A stretch of DNA of 63,997 nucleotides, filler included, from Octopus bimaculoides (lineage: Eukaryota), in NCBI RefSeq assembly GCF_001194135.2. It is 8 parts of 6 records of this genome, joined end to end, with 100 filler letters (N's around TTAATTAATTAA, not from the genome) between each part and the next. Parts side by side here need not be neighbours in the genome. Positions count along the whole stretch, not along the records: positions 49,675 to 56,128 come from NC_068990.1; positions 56,229 to 60,055 come from NW_026382849.1; positions 60,156 to 63,997 come from NC_068986.1; 5 more parts are not named here. The stretch is one strand, 5' to 3'. Of this stretch, positions 50,664 to 63,152 are shown piece by piece (positions within the stretch are counted from its first letter, which is position 1; the number at the start of each line of letters is the position of its first letter). The notes beneath the pieces were generated by a model. That model ran no database searches, was not told where the DNA came from, and was given only the letters and a program-made list of their open reading frames with translations. The translations under genes and the position numbers were made by a program.

Positions 50664-53600
50664 ATGGAGAAGATAAATTTGGAAACATCTCTTAAGGACA
50701 TCCCCTTACCTACACGTAAAGAATACATTAAAGATACAGCTAAATTCCATGATCTCACCAGAATAATCAGATGGAAAGCCTTTTTATTTGACAAATATAA
50801 TGGTACAGGAGAAAAACCGAAAACCAACAAAGAACTCTCGGATATTAGAAATAAATTTAAATCTAGAAAAATCCCACCAGCAAATAGGATATAAGGTAAT
50901 TTTTTAAGATGACCTATGGAACTTACTAAGAAATATTAAGTCTAAGAAGAATATTCCAATGAACAATCACCTTTTGAAGAATAAGGTTAACAAATTCCAA
51001 CAACTACAGGGTATTATAGTTCAATTTGATAAAACTGGAAACCTTTATAATGTAAATATTGATTTGTACCATCAACTACTACAGAAGGAAATAACGAAGA
51101 AATACAAAATTATGAATAAAGACTTAAAAGCTAAGAAAATAAAAACTTAAAAGCTAGGAAATAATGAGCAAATATAAAATCAATGATATCATTGAAGTCT
51201 ACCAGCCTTCTAAACTTAGAATAACCCTGAAGGATCATAAACCAAATTTCCATTCAGATCCAAGAGTGAGGCTAGCATGACCCTGTACATCCGACATCGA
51301 GAAACTTAGCAAATTCATTTTGGATAAATATCTTAAATTCCTTAAATCTAAAATTAAACTCAACCTATGGTCAAATACACTGGACACTATTAACTGGTTT
51401 AACTGGTTAATGGATAAGAATAAATCTAAATTTATCCAATTCGACATTGAAAGTTATTATCAATCGATTAACCCAATTCTACTTAATAAGGCGCTTATAA
51501 AAACAAAAAATAGGACTAAGTTATTTATGAATGAAATCAATATTATACTTGAAGCTAGGAAAACCATACTCTCTCATCAAGGAAAATTTTAGACTAGGAA
51601 GGACACCCCAGATTGCTTTGATATAGCAATGGGCATGCAGGATGCAGCTGAAATCACAGACTTAGTTGGAATTTATCTATTACATTTACTTAATGAAGAA
51701 CTCTCGGAATTAGGAGTTGGTATCTACAGAGATGATGCTCTGTTTGTGGTTAAAAATACTTCCAACAGGAAAATGGAACTTTATAAAAAGAGATTACAAA
51801 AATTCTTCAAAAGCCATCACCATTGAAACAGGTCACACTTCAGTGAATTTCTTGGACGCTAACTTTAACCTTACTACATCATATTACCAACCCTACCATA
51901 AATCTAATAGCAATACCACTAACATACATGCACAGAGTAACCATCCTTGTAATATTATTAATAATCTAGCCTCTAACCTCGAAAATAGAATTAACCTATT
52001 ATCCTCTAATGAAGAAATTTTTAACAAGCATGAAGACTATTATAATCTAGTTCTTAAGAAAGCAGGATATAAATACTGAATTAAGTACAACAAAAAAAAA
52101 AACAACAATGCCTATTCTAATCATCCCGACAATTATATAGATAGGAATTACAATAACCACAATACTAAATCCACACCACATACTAAATTACAAAATGCTG
52201 GCACACAATTTAATTCTCTCAATAATATTCATCAGCAAAACATCACCATAAAACACAATTCCTACAATTACAATGGATCAGTTAATATGAATTTCACAAA
52301 CCCGCTAATCATATCATCATCATCATCATCATCCTCGTTTAACGTTTGCTTTCCATGCTAGCATAGGTTGGACGATTTGACTGAGGACTGGTAAACCAGA
52401 TGGCTACATCAGGTTCCAATCTGATTTGGCAGAGTTTCTACAGCTGGATGCCCTTCCTAATGCCAACCATTTTGAGAGTGTAGTGGGTACTTCTACGTGC
52501 ACCGGCACGAAGGCCAGTCAGGCGGTATTGGCAACGGCCACGCTCAAAATGGTGTATTTTACGTGCCACCTGCACAGGAGCCAGTCCAGCGGCACTGGCA
52601 ACGATCTCGCTCGAATGTCTTTACACGTGCNNNNNNNNNNNNNNNNNNNNNNNNNNNNNNNNNNNNNNNNNNNNNNNNNNNNNNNNNNNNNNNNNNNNNN
52701 NNNNNNNNNNNNNNNNNNNNNNNNNNNNNNNNNNNNNNNNNNNNNNNNNNNNNNNNNNNNNNNNNNNNNNNNNNNNNNNNNNNNNNNNNNNNNNNNNNNN
52801 NNNNNNNNNNNNNNNNNNNNNNNNNNNNNNNNNNNNNNNNNNNNNNNNNNNNNNNNNNNNNNNNNNNNNNNNNNNNNNNNNNNNNNNNNNNNNNNNNNNN
52901 NNNNNNNNNNNNNNNNNNNNNNNCCAATGAAGGAAGGTACGCATAAGTGGGCTGGCTACACCCCTGGCAGAAGCCTTGGATTTAGGTCTCACTTGGCTTG
53001 CCGGGTCTTCTCACGCACAGCATATTTCCAAAGGTCTCGGTCAGAAGTCATCGCTTTGGTGAGGCCCAATGTTTGAAGGTTGTGCCTCACCACCTCATCC
53101 CAGGTCTTCCTGGGCCTACCGCTTCCACAGGTCCCTTCAACTGCTAGGGTGTGGCACTTTTTCACACAGCTATTCTCATCCATTCTCGCCACATGACCAT
53201 ACCAGTGCTATCATCTCTCTTGCACACCACAACTGATGCTTCTTAGGTTCAACTTTTCTCTCAAGGTACTTACACTCTGTCGAGTATGTACACTGACATT
53301 ACACATCCATCGGAGGATACTGGCTTCATTCCATGTGAGCCTATGCATGTCCTCAGCAGTCATGGCCCATGTTTAACTGCCATGTAGCATGGCTGTTCAT
53401 ACACATGCGTCATACAGTCTGCCTTTTACTCTGAGTGAGAGACCCTTTGTCGCCAGCAGAGGTAAGAGCTCTCTGAACTTTGTGCAGGCTATTCTTATTC
53501 TAGCAGCTACACTTTCAGCGCACCCTCCCCCACTACTAACTTGGTCACCTAGATAGCGGAAGCTCAATAACAATATTATTAATAAAATAACTAATTCTAA

Positions 53601-54611
53601 AGATACAGACAACAAATACCAGAAACAAACAAACTAAACAAACAAGCTAAAAATAAAAACATGAAACAAACACGCTTTAAAGATAAAACTTCTATTACAT
53701 CGCATCCTCTTAATAACTAACATAACTACATAACTAATATCAACAATGTTAGAAGTAATAATGCAAAAAGGGAAAAGAAACCTATACCATACATACAAAT
53801 GAGTGACCCACTTAATACAAACCACCATGGCAATAAGGAAAGCAACAATAACATCATTTGGATAATAATTCCTTTTGCTAAGCATTTAAAGTCTAATTTT
53901 ATCAGATCTATTAGATCTATTATCAAACAAAACTTAAGTAACACTAGATATGCTAAAATATTAAATAACAAAATGATCAGATTTGGATTTTCTGTATCTC
54001 CAAACCTATTTAGGATTATTTCCTCTTTTAATAATAGAAAATAAAACCATTTCTACAATGACATAACACCCTCAACTACACATACTAACCCCAATAATTC
54101 CAATAACTCCATATCTAATAACGACAACTATCATAATCACACGACCCAAATTACCCTTAATACATATAGACATAACAATAGACTTTCAAATATTAGTCCT
54201 AATTGTAACTGTAGCGACCCAAATACCTGTGAGGTAAAAGGTAACTTTAAAAAGAAAAATGTAGTATACCAAGCTACAATTATAACCCATAATCTCTCTA
54301 AGTTTAATTATACAGGTTGTACGCAAAACCCATTTATATTGAGATTAACTAACCATAAATCATCTTTTAATGATCCTAGGAAAGAAAATAGTACCAGTCT
54401 ATCAAAAAAGGTTTGGCAACTGAAAAGAGATAACATAGATTACACAATTTCTTGGAAGATTATTTCTTCAGCTCCTTATAGGATTAGCAACAGGACATGT
54501 TTTTTATGCCTAGAAGAGTCTTATTTAATTATAAAAACGAATAATTCTCTCTTAAATTCAAGAGATCAGAGAGTTTTTCCTTGTAAACATGTCTATATTT
54601 CTTTTTATTAA
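50664..54611 (+). mobile_element. Penelope-like retroelement (RT + C-terminal GIY-YIG, Naiad-like), disrupted and interrupted by RTE
   Basis: N-terminal KDIPLP..IRWKAFLF; RT QFDIESYYQSI, MGMQDAAEITDLVGIYLL, YRDDAL, NFLD and SNHP. Linker IIWIIIPF..KILN..FSVSPN; endonuclease CNCSDPNTC, VVYQA, YTGCT, RLTNHKSSF, WQLK, CFLC and CKH. Many stops and frameshifts. Confidence 0.92.
52313..53564 (-). mobile_element. 5'-truncated RTE LINE inserted in the Penelope-like element
   Basis: RYLGDQVSSGGGCAESVAARIRIA..KFRELLPLL..KGRLYDACV and GRPRKTWDEVVRHNL..WKYAVREKTRQAK*, then the 3' UTR hairpin array and (CAT)n tail at 52313. Confidence 0.93.
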
Positions 54612-54720
54612 CCTTAAATAAGTTTTTCTCCACCACCACCACATTCCTCATATTCTACTTATTACCCCTCCTTAATTTTTTGTATAATACCCCCAATTTA
54701 CATATCTACTACTACTACTA

Positions 54721-54799
<79 letters not shown>

Positions 54800-54800
<1 letters not shown>

Positions 54801-55570
54801 TAGCAGAGATACCTGGCGTTGCCCGTGTTACATGCAATTGAAGAATGACACTTTTCTGTTATATTTTCTGTAAGGGACTGGAATACCTATGATTCGAATT
54901 TCATCAAAATTGCACATGGGGGTTCTTTCCCTCTTTACACACCCTAAAAAAATTCTAATCTTGAGACATGTACCCCATACTATTGATCTTTATGCGCATA
55001 TTCCACAATTTCAGTCTTCTGGAACCTGTAAAAATGATTTTGCTCCTGAAAAATGGAGCTCTATGGAGCTCTAAAATGTGGGAATGAAGGCCTGTATTGG
55101 GAGTGGGTGTGTTAATGTCAACCAGAGAAGTTGAATTGTTGGGAATGTTTTTAACTTTGGTCTTATAGTATGCCTGTATATATGTGAGAGTATAGTTTCA
55201 CGTTAATAGTTTCAGTATGAAATTGAAAGTATTAAAGTGAAAGTATTTGAAATTACGGTAGCGACATGTTATTGTTTCACTTTTGACATGTAATACTGAA
55301 ATAGTGGAATAGTTTCGGTGTTCAAGTGAAAGTATGTGACATTACAGTAGAGTGATGTTATTGTTTCACTTTTGACACGTAATACTGAAATAGTGGAGGA
55401 GGTATGATATTGCTGTGGGCTTGAACTATGCAAGAAGTTAAAAATTTTTTTGGTCTAAGACAGTACATGGACCCTAAGTAAGGCATGTTTAATTTGGAAT
55501 GAAATTGGTTATGTAGTTCTCGAGTTTTATGGATTCACACAGACACACATTCTAATCTTTATATATCTGA
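54800..55570 (-). mobile_element. Non-autonomous Helitron
   Basis: On the minus strand: 5' A|TC at 55570, 3' hairpin CGGGCAACGCCAGG then CTAG|T at 54800, and no TSD. Internal 89-bp tandem repeat at 55237-55397. Confidence 0.85.
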
Positions 55571-57398
55571 TATTTATGCGCACATTCCAAAATTCCAGTG
55601 TTATGGACCCTGTAAAAATAATTTTGATCCTGAAAAATGGAGCTCATGGATCTATAGCAATTGGAAGGGCATGACCCAATTGAAATAACAACGTGTGACG
55701 TTTGGAGTAAAGGGATATGAAAGTGTCACCACTGGAGTTTGCAAATGACCACTATACCGATAGGTAACTGGGCACAAAAAATTTACAATCATAAATGTCA
55801 CTCATCTGGGAAGGCCTTGAAATCAATGTTACCAACTGGGGACTATGTGTGACCCAGTGATAATAAAAAGACTGAAAGGGGGTCTGCAACGAAATAATTT
55901 TACTCAACACTTTGCAAGTGAATCAGTGGAGGCAAAGATGCGTCTCATTTACTTGACAATTTATGCACCACATTGCAGAAATCACGATGTAAGTATATCT
56001 GAAAGGATAGTCTTACACTGTTGTACTGTTGAATTACAAATAATGCTCATCTGTTATGTTCGGGTGACCCTATAGCTTCCAATGGTACAACCGTATTTGT
56101 TTTTGCTTAGGAAAAATGACTAAATTGTNNNNNNNNNNNNNNNNNNNNNNNNNNNNNNNNNNNNNNNNNNNNTTAATTAATTAANNNNNNNNNNNNNNNN
56201 NNNNNNNNNNNNNNNNNNNNNNNNNNNNACCAACAGATGCCAATACTAAACATAACTTACTTCTCTTAATTAATGATTCTCCTTAGGTTATTAATAAGTT
56301 GCTGTGGATTAACATTTGGTAGTCTTAATAATAATTCTTTTAAGACTAATCCTCTAATTTTGTATTTTGTATTCAATTTGAAATGTTTTCGGTAATAGGC
56401 TCTATTTGTCCGTTTAATTTCGCTGTGCATCCATGCTGCAATGTATTCCTTCAAAGACTAGGTGCAATTGCATTCTAGCTCGGCGTGGAACCCTCTTACG
56501 TGTATGTCCTATTTCACAGTTACAGTCGTGATGTTTATAATTGCGTGGTTTACACAAAAATTTGTTTTAATTCAGTTATCTAAAACATAGATTTGTGAAT
56601 GTGGGTGCATGCTTGTATACACACACTCACACACATACAGTTATATATATGTATANNNNNNNNNNNNNNNNNNNNNNNNNNNNNNNNNNNNNNNNNNNNN
56701 NNNNNNNNNNNNNNNNNNNNNNNNNNNNNNNNNNNNNNNNNNNNNNNNNNNNNNNNNNNNNNNNNNNNNNNNNNNNNNNNNNNNNNNNNNNNNNNNNNNN
56801 NNNNNNNNNNNNNNNNNNNNNNNNNNNNNNNNNNNNNNNNNNNNNNNNNNNNNNNNNNNNNNNNNNNNNNNNNNNNNNNNNNNNNNNNNNNNNNNNNNNN
56901 NNNNNNNNNNNNNNNNNNNNNNNNNNNNNNNNNNNNNNNNNNNNNNNNNNNNNNNNNNNNNNNNNNNNNNNNNNNNNNNNNNNNNNNNNNNNNNNNNNNN
57001 NNNNNNNNNNNNNNNNNNNNNNNNNNNNNNNNNNNNNNNNNNNNNNNNNNNNNNNNNNNNNNNNNNNNNNNNNNNNNNNNNNNNNNNNNNNNNNNNNNNN
57101 NNNNNNNNNNNNNNNNNNNNNNNNNNNNNNNNNNNNNNNNNNNNNNNNNNNNNNNNNNNNNNNNNNNNNNNNNNNNNNNNNNNNNNNNNNNNNNNNNNNN
57201 NNNNNNNNNNNNNNNNNNNNNNNNNNNNNNNNNNNNNNNNNNNNNNNNNNNNNNNNNNNNNNNNNNNNNNNNNNNNNNNNNNNNNNNNNNNNNNNNNNNN
57301 NNNNNNNNNNNNNNNNNNNNNNNNNNNNNNNNNNNNNNNNNNNNNNNNNNNNNNNNNNNNNNNNNNNNNNNNNNNTTGTCCCTAATATTATTATTATG

Positions 57399-57431
<33 letters not shown>

Positions 57432-57602
57432 GTGTATGTATTTTAAGTGACCCTGCAACAGAACCATTCCTGACTCTCACCTCACTGTCGTCTCCGGTCT
57501 TTCATGTATTCTTTATTCTCATCAATGACGGAAACTTTTGTTATCATTATCTGTAAAGTTCCGAAGAGGAATACTCCTATTATTATTATCAATAATATAT
57601 GA

Positions 57603-57812
57603 GGCGATGAACTAGCAGAATCGTTTGCACGTTGAACGAAATGCTTAGCGGCATTTCGTCTGTCGCTCCGTTCTGAGTTCAAATTCCGCCGAGGTCGACT
57701 TTGCCTTTCATCCTTTCGGGATCGATAAAATAAGTACCAGTTTAACAGTGGAGTCGAGTAACCGACTATCTCCTTACCCCAAATTTCAGGCCTTGTGCCT
57801 ATAATAGAAAGG
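57603..57812 (+). mobile_element. Meta-like tRNA SINE
   Basis: Full-length alignment to 21833-22046. Confidence 0.9.
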
Positions 57813-57845
57813 ATTGTTATCAATGATATTTAAGGCGGCGAGCTG

Positions 57846-57932
57846 GAAGAAGAAGAAGAAGAAGAAGAAGAAGAAGAAGAAGAAGAAGAAGAAGAAGAAG
57901 AAGAAGAAGAAGAAGAAGAAGAAGAAGAAGAA
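57846..57932. repeat. (GAA)29 directly after a 13-bp SINE head
   Basis: GGCGGCGAGCTGG at 57834-57846 runs into the array. Confidence 0.95.
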
Positions 57933-58224
57933 TAGTTGTTAGATATTCACAGAAGAAATGCTTGTCTTTCTACATATAAATGAGTGTTTACATGTGTAGA
58001 CAGAGAGAGAGCAAAGGGAGAGAGGGTGTGTGAGAGAGAAGGGGATAAAGAGGGAGTGAGAGAGAGAGAGAGAAAATCTGAGACAGGTAGACCGATCAAT
58101 AAACATATATTGATTCATGGAATTTCAGTTGGAAAGTTAGAAACATGGACACGTGATGTAGATAAATATGCAAATATATGGCAAAATACAAAGCCACGCA
58201 TATAGAAATACATGCACGTATTTG

Positions 58225-58259
<35 letters not shown>

Positions 58260-58427
58260 CTACACATACACACACGCATCCATATATATGTGTGTGTTCG
58301 TATGTATGTGTATTACAATTATATAGTAGCGTGCATGTATGAATGTGCGTGTATGCGTATGATGTATTTCTGTACATATGTGTATATATGTACATATGAA
58401 TAATACTGCCTATTTTCATGTATGTAT

Positions 58428-58458
<31 letters not shown>

Positions 58459-59027
58459 CATAGGTATGATGCTGCTGCATGTGTATATGTATGTAAGTAC
58501 AATGCTATTAGTAGAGATAGTTCGGCACAAAGAAAGAAAAAAAAACGTAGGAAGGTAGATTCAGGAACCTAGATTTTCATATATCCATACTAGAACCTAA
58601 ATAAATGTAGAAATAAATAAATGAATAAATATATACATTAATAAACAAATAAAAACATTCATTGTTCCATCTCTGTTCGCTCAGTTTCGTTTTCTTATAT
58701 ATAGATATAGTCACAACATCTAGCGGATGTGAATGCACAGTTTCCTTGTACGATGTAAGAATATGGCGGATAGAACACTTCCGGTGATGGATGCCAACTG
58801 GAATACACCGGATGTAAGTAGTTAGAAGAATACTGGAAGTGTTCTGAAGAATATTTAATGTTGCTGTGTCCTCTGAGAGTTCTGTGGTAGGGTGAGTTTA
58901 AACATGCTGGCAAATGGTTGTTGGTTCGCTTCCATTTCGTGCGCCGATTTTGAAACCAAATTTTTACCTAGTAGTTAAAGAAAAAACAAGAAGATCATCA
59001 TCATCATTATTTTTATTATTTTTATTA

Positions 59028-59073
<46 letters not shown>

Positions 59074-59479
59074 CGCCATTGAAATTGACGCTGGGATAGA
59101 AATATACGCATCGTGACTACTCGTCTGATAAAGTTACACAAGGTACCGGCATCACAATCATATGTGCGCGAGTGGATGTACGAGGGACATCCGCAAATTG
59201 TCTCGTTTTGGATGCCATCTATTCCACATTTCTATGTTAACTGTCGGTAACGCATTATTGTCTGTGTGTACACTTTTCTGTCTTGTTTCATACTTATTTG
59301 GCTCGCCAATTCCCGGAAGCATTTGCCTTCGGCGCCACCAGTAGGGGATATAATAACATCGGTAAGGCGTTAAATTGCGATTGACGCGCTGGTAGATAAC
59401 TGACGAAGATTTGGCGACCATCTGTGTCTGTTTCCCGTTTATGTTTTAACTCATTTTATGTGCCCACACACACATATAT

Positions 59480-59531
<52 letters not shown>

Positions 59532-60474
59532 TTCCACGCACGCACATATATATATATTATATATATGTATGCATAATTTTTTCAGAGAATCTTGAGTCTC
59601 ACGTACAGTTATAAGTAATACCATGTATGTGTTGAATTGAAAAAAGAACTTTGGGGAGAAAATGTCGAAGGCTTCTCGCCGGACATAAAACCACATCTGA
59701 AAATCTTTGGCTATCTTCTATCCAAAGGGCTTTTCAACCAATTTTCTCGTGCTATTATTTATACTTTCGTGTGAACCTGAAAATACCAAAAAGAATTATT
59801 TCACGTTCTCCCGAACGATTATAAGATTCTTATGAAGTCAACACACACACATACACACAGATACACAAGCACACACACATATGTATACGTATGTATGTAT
59901 GTACGTTTAGGTTAACAATGTAACATGTCACCGCGGCACAAATGAAGAGCAAGATGTCTACTCTGTTACTTGAATCAATAAAATATTTCATATGGCGGTT
60001 TTAACTCATGGCTGATTTCATTCCATTTTATGAGTTGGTTGGCATCGTAAATCGGNNNNNNNNNNNNNNNNNNNNNNNNNNNNNNNNNNNNNNNNNNNNT
60101 TAATTAATTAANNNNNNNNNNNNNNNNNNNNNNNNNNNNNNNNNNNNNNNNNNNNATATATATATATATAGCTACCTGCTCGTTAAATTAACGTGTTAGG
60201 CTGAGTATTCCACGGATGCATACCTTTAACATAATTCTCAGACGAATCAGCATATTACAGTATTTAACGGGGTTGGACCTTTAAATTTACATGTACAAGC
60301 CATCAGACAGGCTACCACACAGTTTCCATCTACCCGGCCTTTGTTGGCGAGATTATTTTTAAAAAGAAACATAGAACATTTGGTTAAGATTCCACACAGT
60401 GAGCTCGAAACTTGGTTCTCATAACTGACCCTAACCCATATCTACGCTCATACTTGAGTCCTCATAAATGTCAA

Positions 60475-60770
60475 TGGCACCCAGTCAGTTGCGACGAGGA
60501 GGGCTCCAGATGATCCGATCAACGGAACAACCTGTTCTTGAAATTAACGTGCAAGTGGCTAAGCACTCCACAGACACGTGTACCCTTAACGCAGTCGTCA
60601 GGGAGACTCCGCGTGACAAGGCTGGCCCTATGAAATACAGTTACTACCCATTTTCATTAGCTGAGTGTACTAGAACAATGTGAAATAAAGTGACTTGCTT
60701 AAGGAAACCGCTGGCCGCCAGAAACTGAAATCACGAACTTACGATCGTGATACGAATACCTTAATCACTA
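60475..60770 (-). mobile_element. tRNA-derived SINE (third family), near full length
   Basis: The 5' half matches 40024-40175. The 3' half matches the tail of 4329-4420 and extends to gatcggatcatctggagccctcctcgtcgcaactgactgggtgcca. Confidence 0.8.
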
Positions 60771-60846
60771 TCGTAATATATGCAGACTGATCCGATAGTA
60801 GAAAAAATAGACATCTTAAATATATATAATATATATAAGATATATA

Positions 60847-60985
60847 TACTCTTTTACTCTTTTACTTGTTTCAGTCATTTGACTGCGGCCATGCTGGAGC
60901 ACCGCCTTTAGTCGAGAAAATCGACCCCAGGACTTATTCTTTGGAAGCCTACTTATTCTATCGGTCTATTTTTGCCGAACCGCTA
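60847..60985 (-). mobile_element. SINE 3' tail T1
   Basis: Reverse complement of 21481-21623; runs into a gap and (TG)n. Confidence 0.8.
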
Positions 60986-60995
60986 NNNNNNNNNN

Positions 60996-61031
<36 letters not shown>

Positions 61032-61532
61032 AAACATATAATATATATAATAAGCTGTCTAAAGAAGGATCCAAAAGAACATTTCCTATTATCGAAATAT
61101 AATCTTATATTTCCTGAAGCAAATGTTGAAAGAAACAACGTCTTCATATTATTAATTGGTCTAGCCTCCAGAAATCAATGTGTTATTTATTGATAAATAA
61201 TTATAAAGAAATATCATAGAATTTTAAGTGTTAGGAATAATTTCTGGAAGTATATACAGATAATCTAGTAGCTGTTGGGTTGAAGAAAATTAATAGTAGG
61301 ATATGAAAGAGACAAGAAAATGTAGGTCATGCGATATATCATAAATATATATATATATATGAGATATATTTTTTAAATTATGTTGTTAGAGAAATAAATG
61401 AAACCTATTGAGGATCATAATTATGTTTATATTTCCTCTCTGTGTCTGTGTCTGTGTATGTGTGTATTCAAATAAATAAATAGATAGATAGATAGGTAGG
61501 TAGATAGGTAGGTAGGTAGGTAGGTAGGTAGG

Positions 61533-61577
<45 letters not shown>

Positions 61578-61679
61578 GTGTACATTTATATGGATGTATG
61601 TGTGCACGCGCGCGTGTGTTTGTCTATCAGACATATGCAGGATGAGAGTTACATTTACATTTCATATATGAACGATGAA

Positions 61680-62140
61680 AACTGGAACGGCTGTTGGAAG
61701 ATGGCTGCAGATTTGATAGGGTGACAAAGATACTTCGCCACACCAGTTCTGAGGAAGCAAGATATTGTCATCTGGTGTGAGGGGAAACTGTAAACCTGCT
61801 CGATCTGATAGTTTCCCATGAAGATAATATGGACGGCGCCCAGACCCGAAAGATCAACCGATATGAACATTAGCCAATCGAAGATGGATGTAGAGGATTC
61901 CTTTGAAGCAGTATGAGGTAATGGCTGTTGTCACTAGGCTTAACTTAAAGCAAATATCATCATGAGAGATATCCAAGCCGCAGTGGAGATGATGAACAAT
62001 GACTAGAAGAATATTGAGTTAAGCCTAGTAGCCAATAGATCTAGCAAGTGGGGCCTTATCTCAGTGAGGAGGTGAACAGTGCGCAATGATGCCGTCGGAA
62101 GGAAGGCCTCCCAAGACGGTACGCATTGAATTAGAAGCCG
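61680..62140 (+). mobile_element. Degraded RLE-type LINE 3' fragment (HERO-like)
   Basis: KQDIVIW followed by VNLLDLIVSHEDNMDGAQTRKINRYEH resembles the RPDIVLW..LELTVP.E....A.ERK..KY signature. Frameshifted. Confidence 0.55.
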
Positions 62141-62145
62141 CTGAG

Positions 62146-62572
62146 GTATTTAAACAAAATTGAACACACATTCGCAAGGTGTGTGTGTTGTTCGTTCATG
62201 GGTTGGCAGCGGCTTTTAGGTGTAAGAGAATACATTCTTATCCATATTTGAATTTTTTCCGTGGCATGAAAGATTGGGACATGCCAGCAGAGGGTGTTTA
62301 AACCGTTTAAACCGTTTAAACCATATAGTCATAGTCGACGATATGGCTTGCAGCGGGCCTTATTCGATATGCGATATTCATAAGTCAAGACAATGACGAA
62401 ACACCGATGTCTGTCGATGTGAATTGTCTCGCTTGACTGACTTACTTTCAGGTATTTTTTACACAAAGTGCGTAGACGATATATTCTCTAATGCCTAAAA
62501 TCTGCTGCCGACCCACGAACTAACAACACACATACTTTGTCAATGTGTATTCGATTGATTGTGTTTATATAC
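62146..62572. mobile_element. MITE-like element with imperfect TIRs of about 90 bp
   Basis: 62146-62237 is the reverse complement of 62478-62572 (acacatt..gtgtgttgtt.gttc.tggg..ggcagc...ttttagg). Confidence 0.7.
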
Positions 62573-62599
62573 TTCTAGCTGCTTCTAATTCATATTTGA

Positions 62600-62630
<31 letters not shown>

Positions 62631-62868
62631 TTAGAAGGTTTGGAGGTGATGTACAGGAATTATATATTAGAAAAAATAAGATACTCAGATATCTGGATGG
62701 TTGTACATTTACAGATTTTTATTAATATGTCACATGTTTATATATATATATATATNNNNNNNNNNNNNNNNNNNNNNNNNNNNNNNNNNNNNNNNNNNNN
62801 NNNNNNNNNNNNNNNNNNNNNNNNNNNNNNNNNNNNNNNNNNNNNNNNNNNNNNNNNNNNNNNATATA

Positions 62869-63152
62869 CGCAGTCTGATCAGTAAGTATCAGGACTATTG
62901 ACATAGTAACGAAGCTAAACCATGCAGAATGCAGCCGCTGGGCAAAGATTGACCTTGAACTCTATTGTGCATGTGCGCTAAGTTTTACCGTTCTAGTTTA
63001 CTTCTGCTGTTTACAGCAGTGCTTAGAAGGAAAGTGTTTAGCGTTTGATCGTTACCATGACCATGTGAGAAAAAGTCGAGCAGAGAATCTGTATCAAATT
63101 TTGCCAAAAGCTTGGCGATACCTGCTCAGAGGCCTACAGCACAATCAAGGAG
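62869..63152 (+). mobile_element. Mariner 5' end
   Basis: TA|CGCAGTCTGATCAGTAAGTATCAGGACT terminus, then KVEQRICIKFCQKLGDTCSEAY. Confidence 0.85.
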
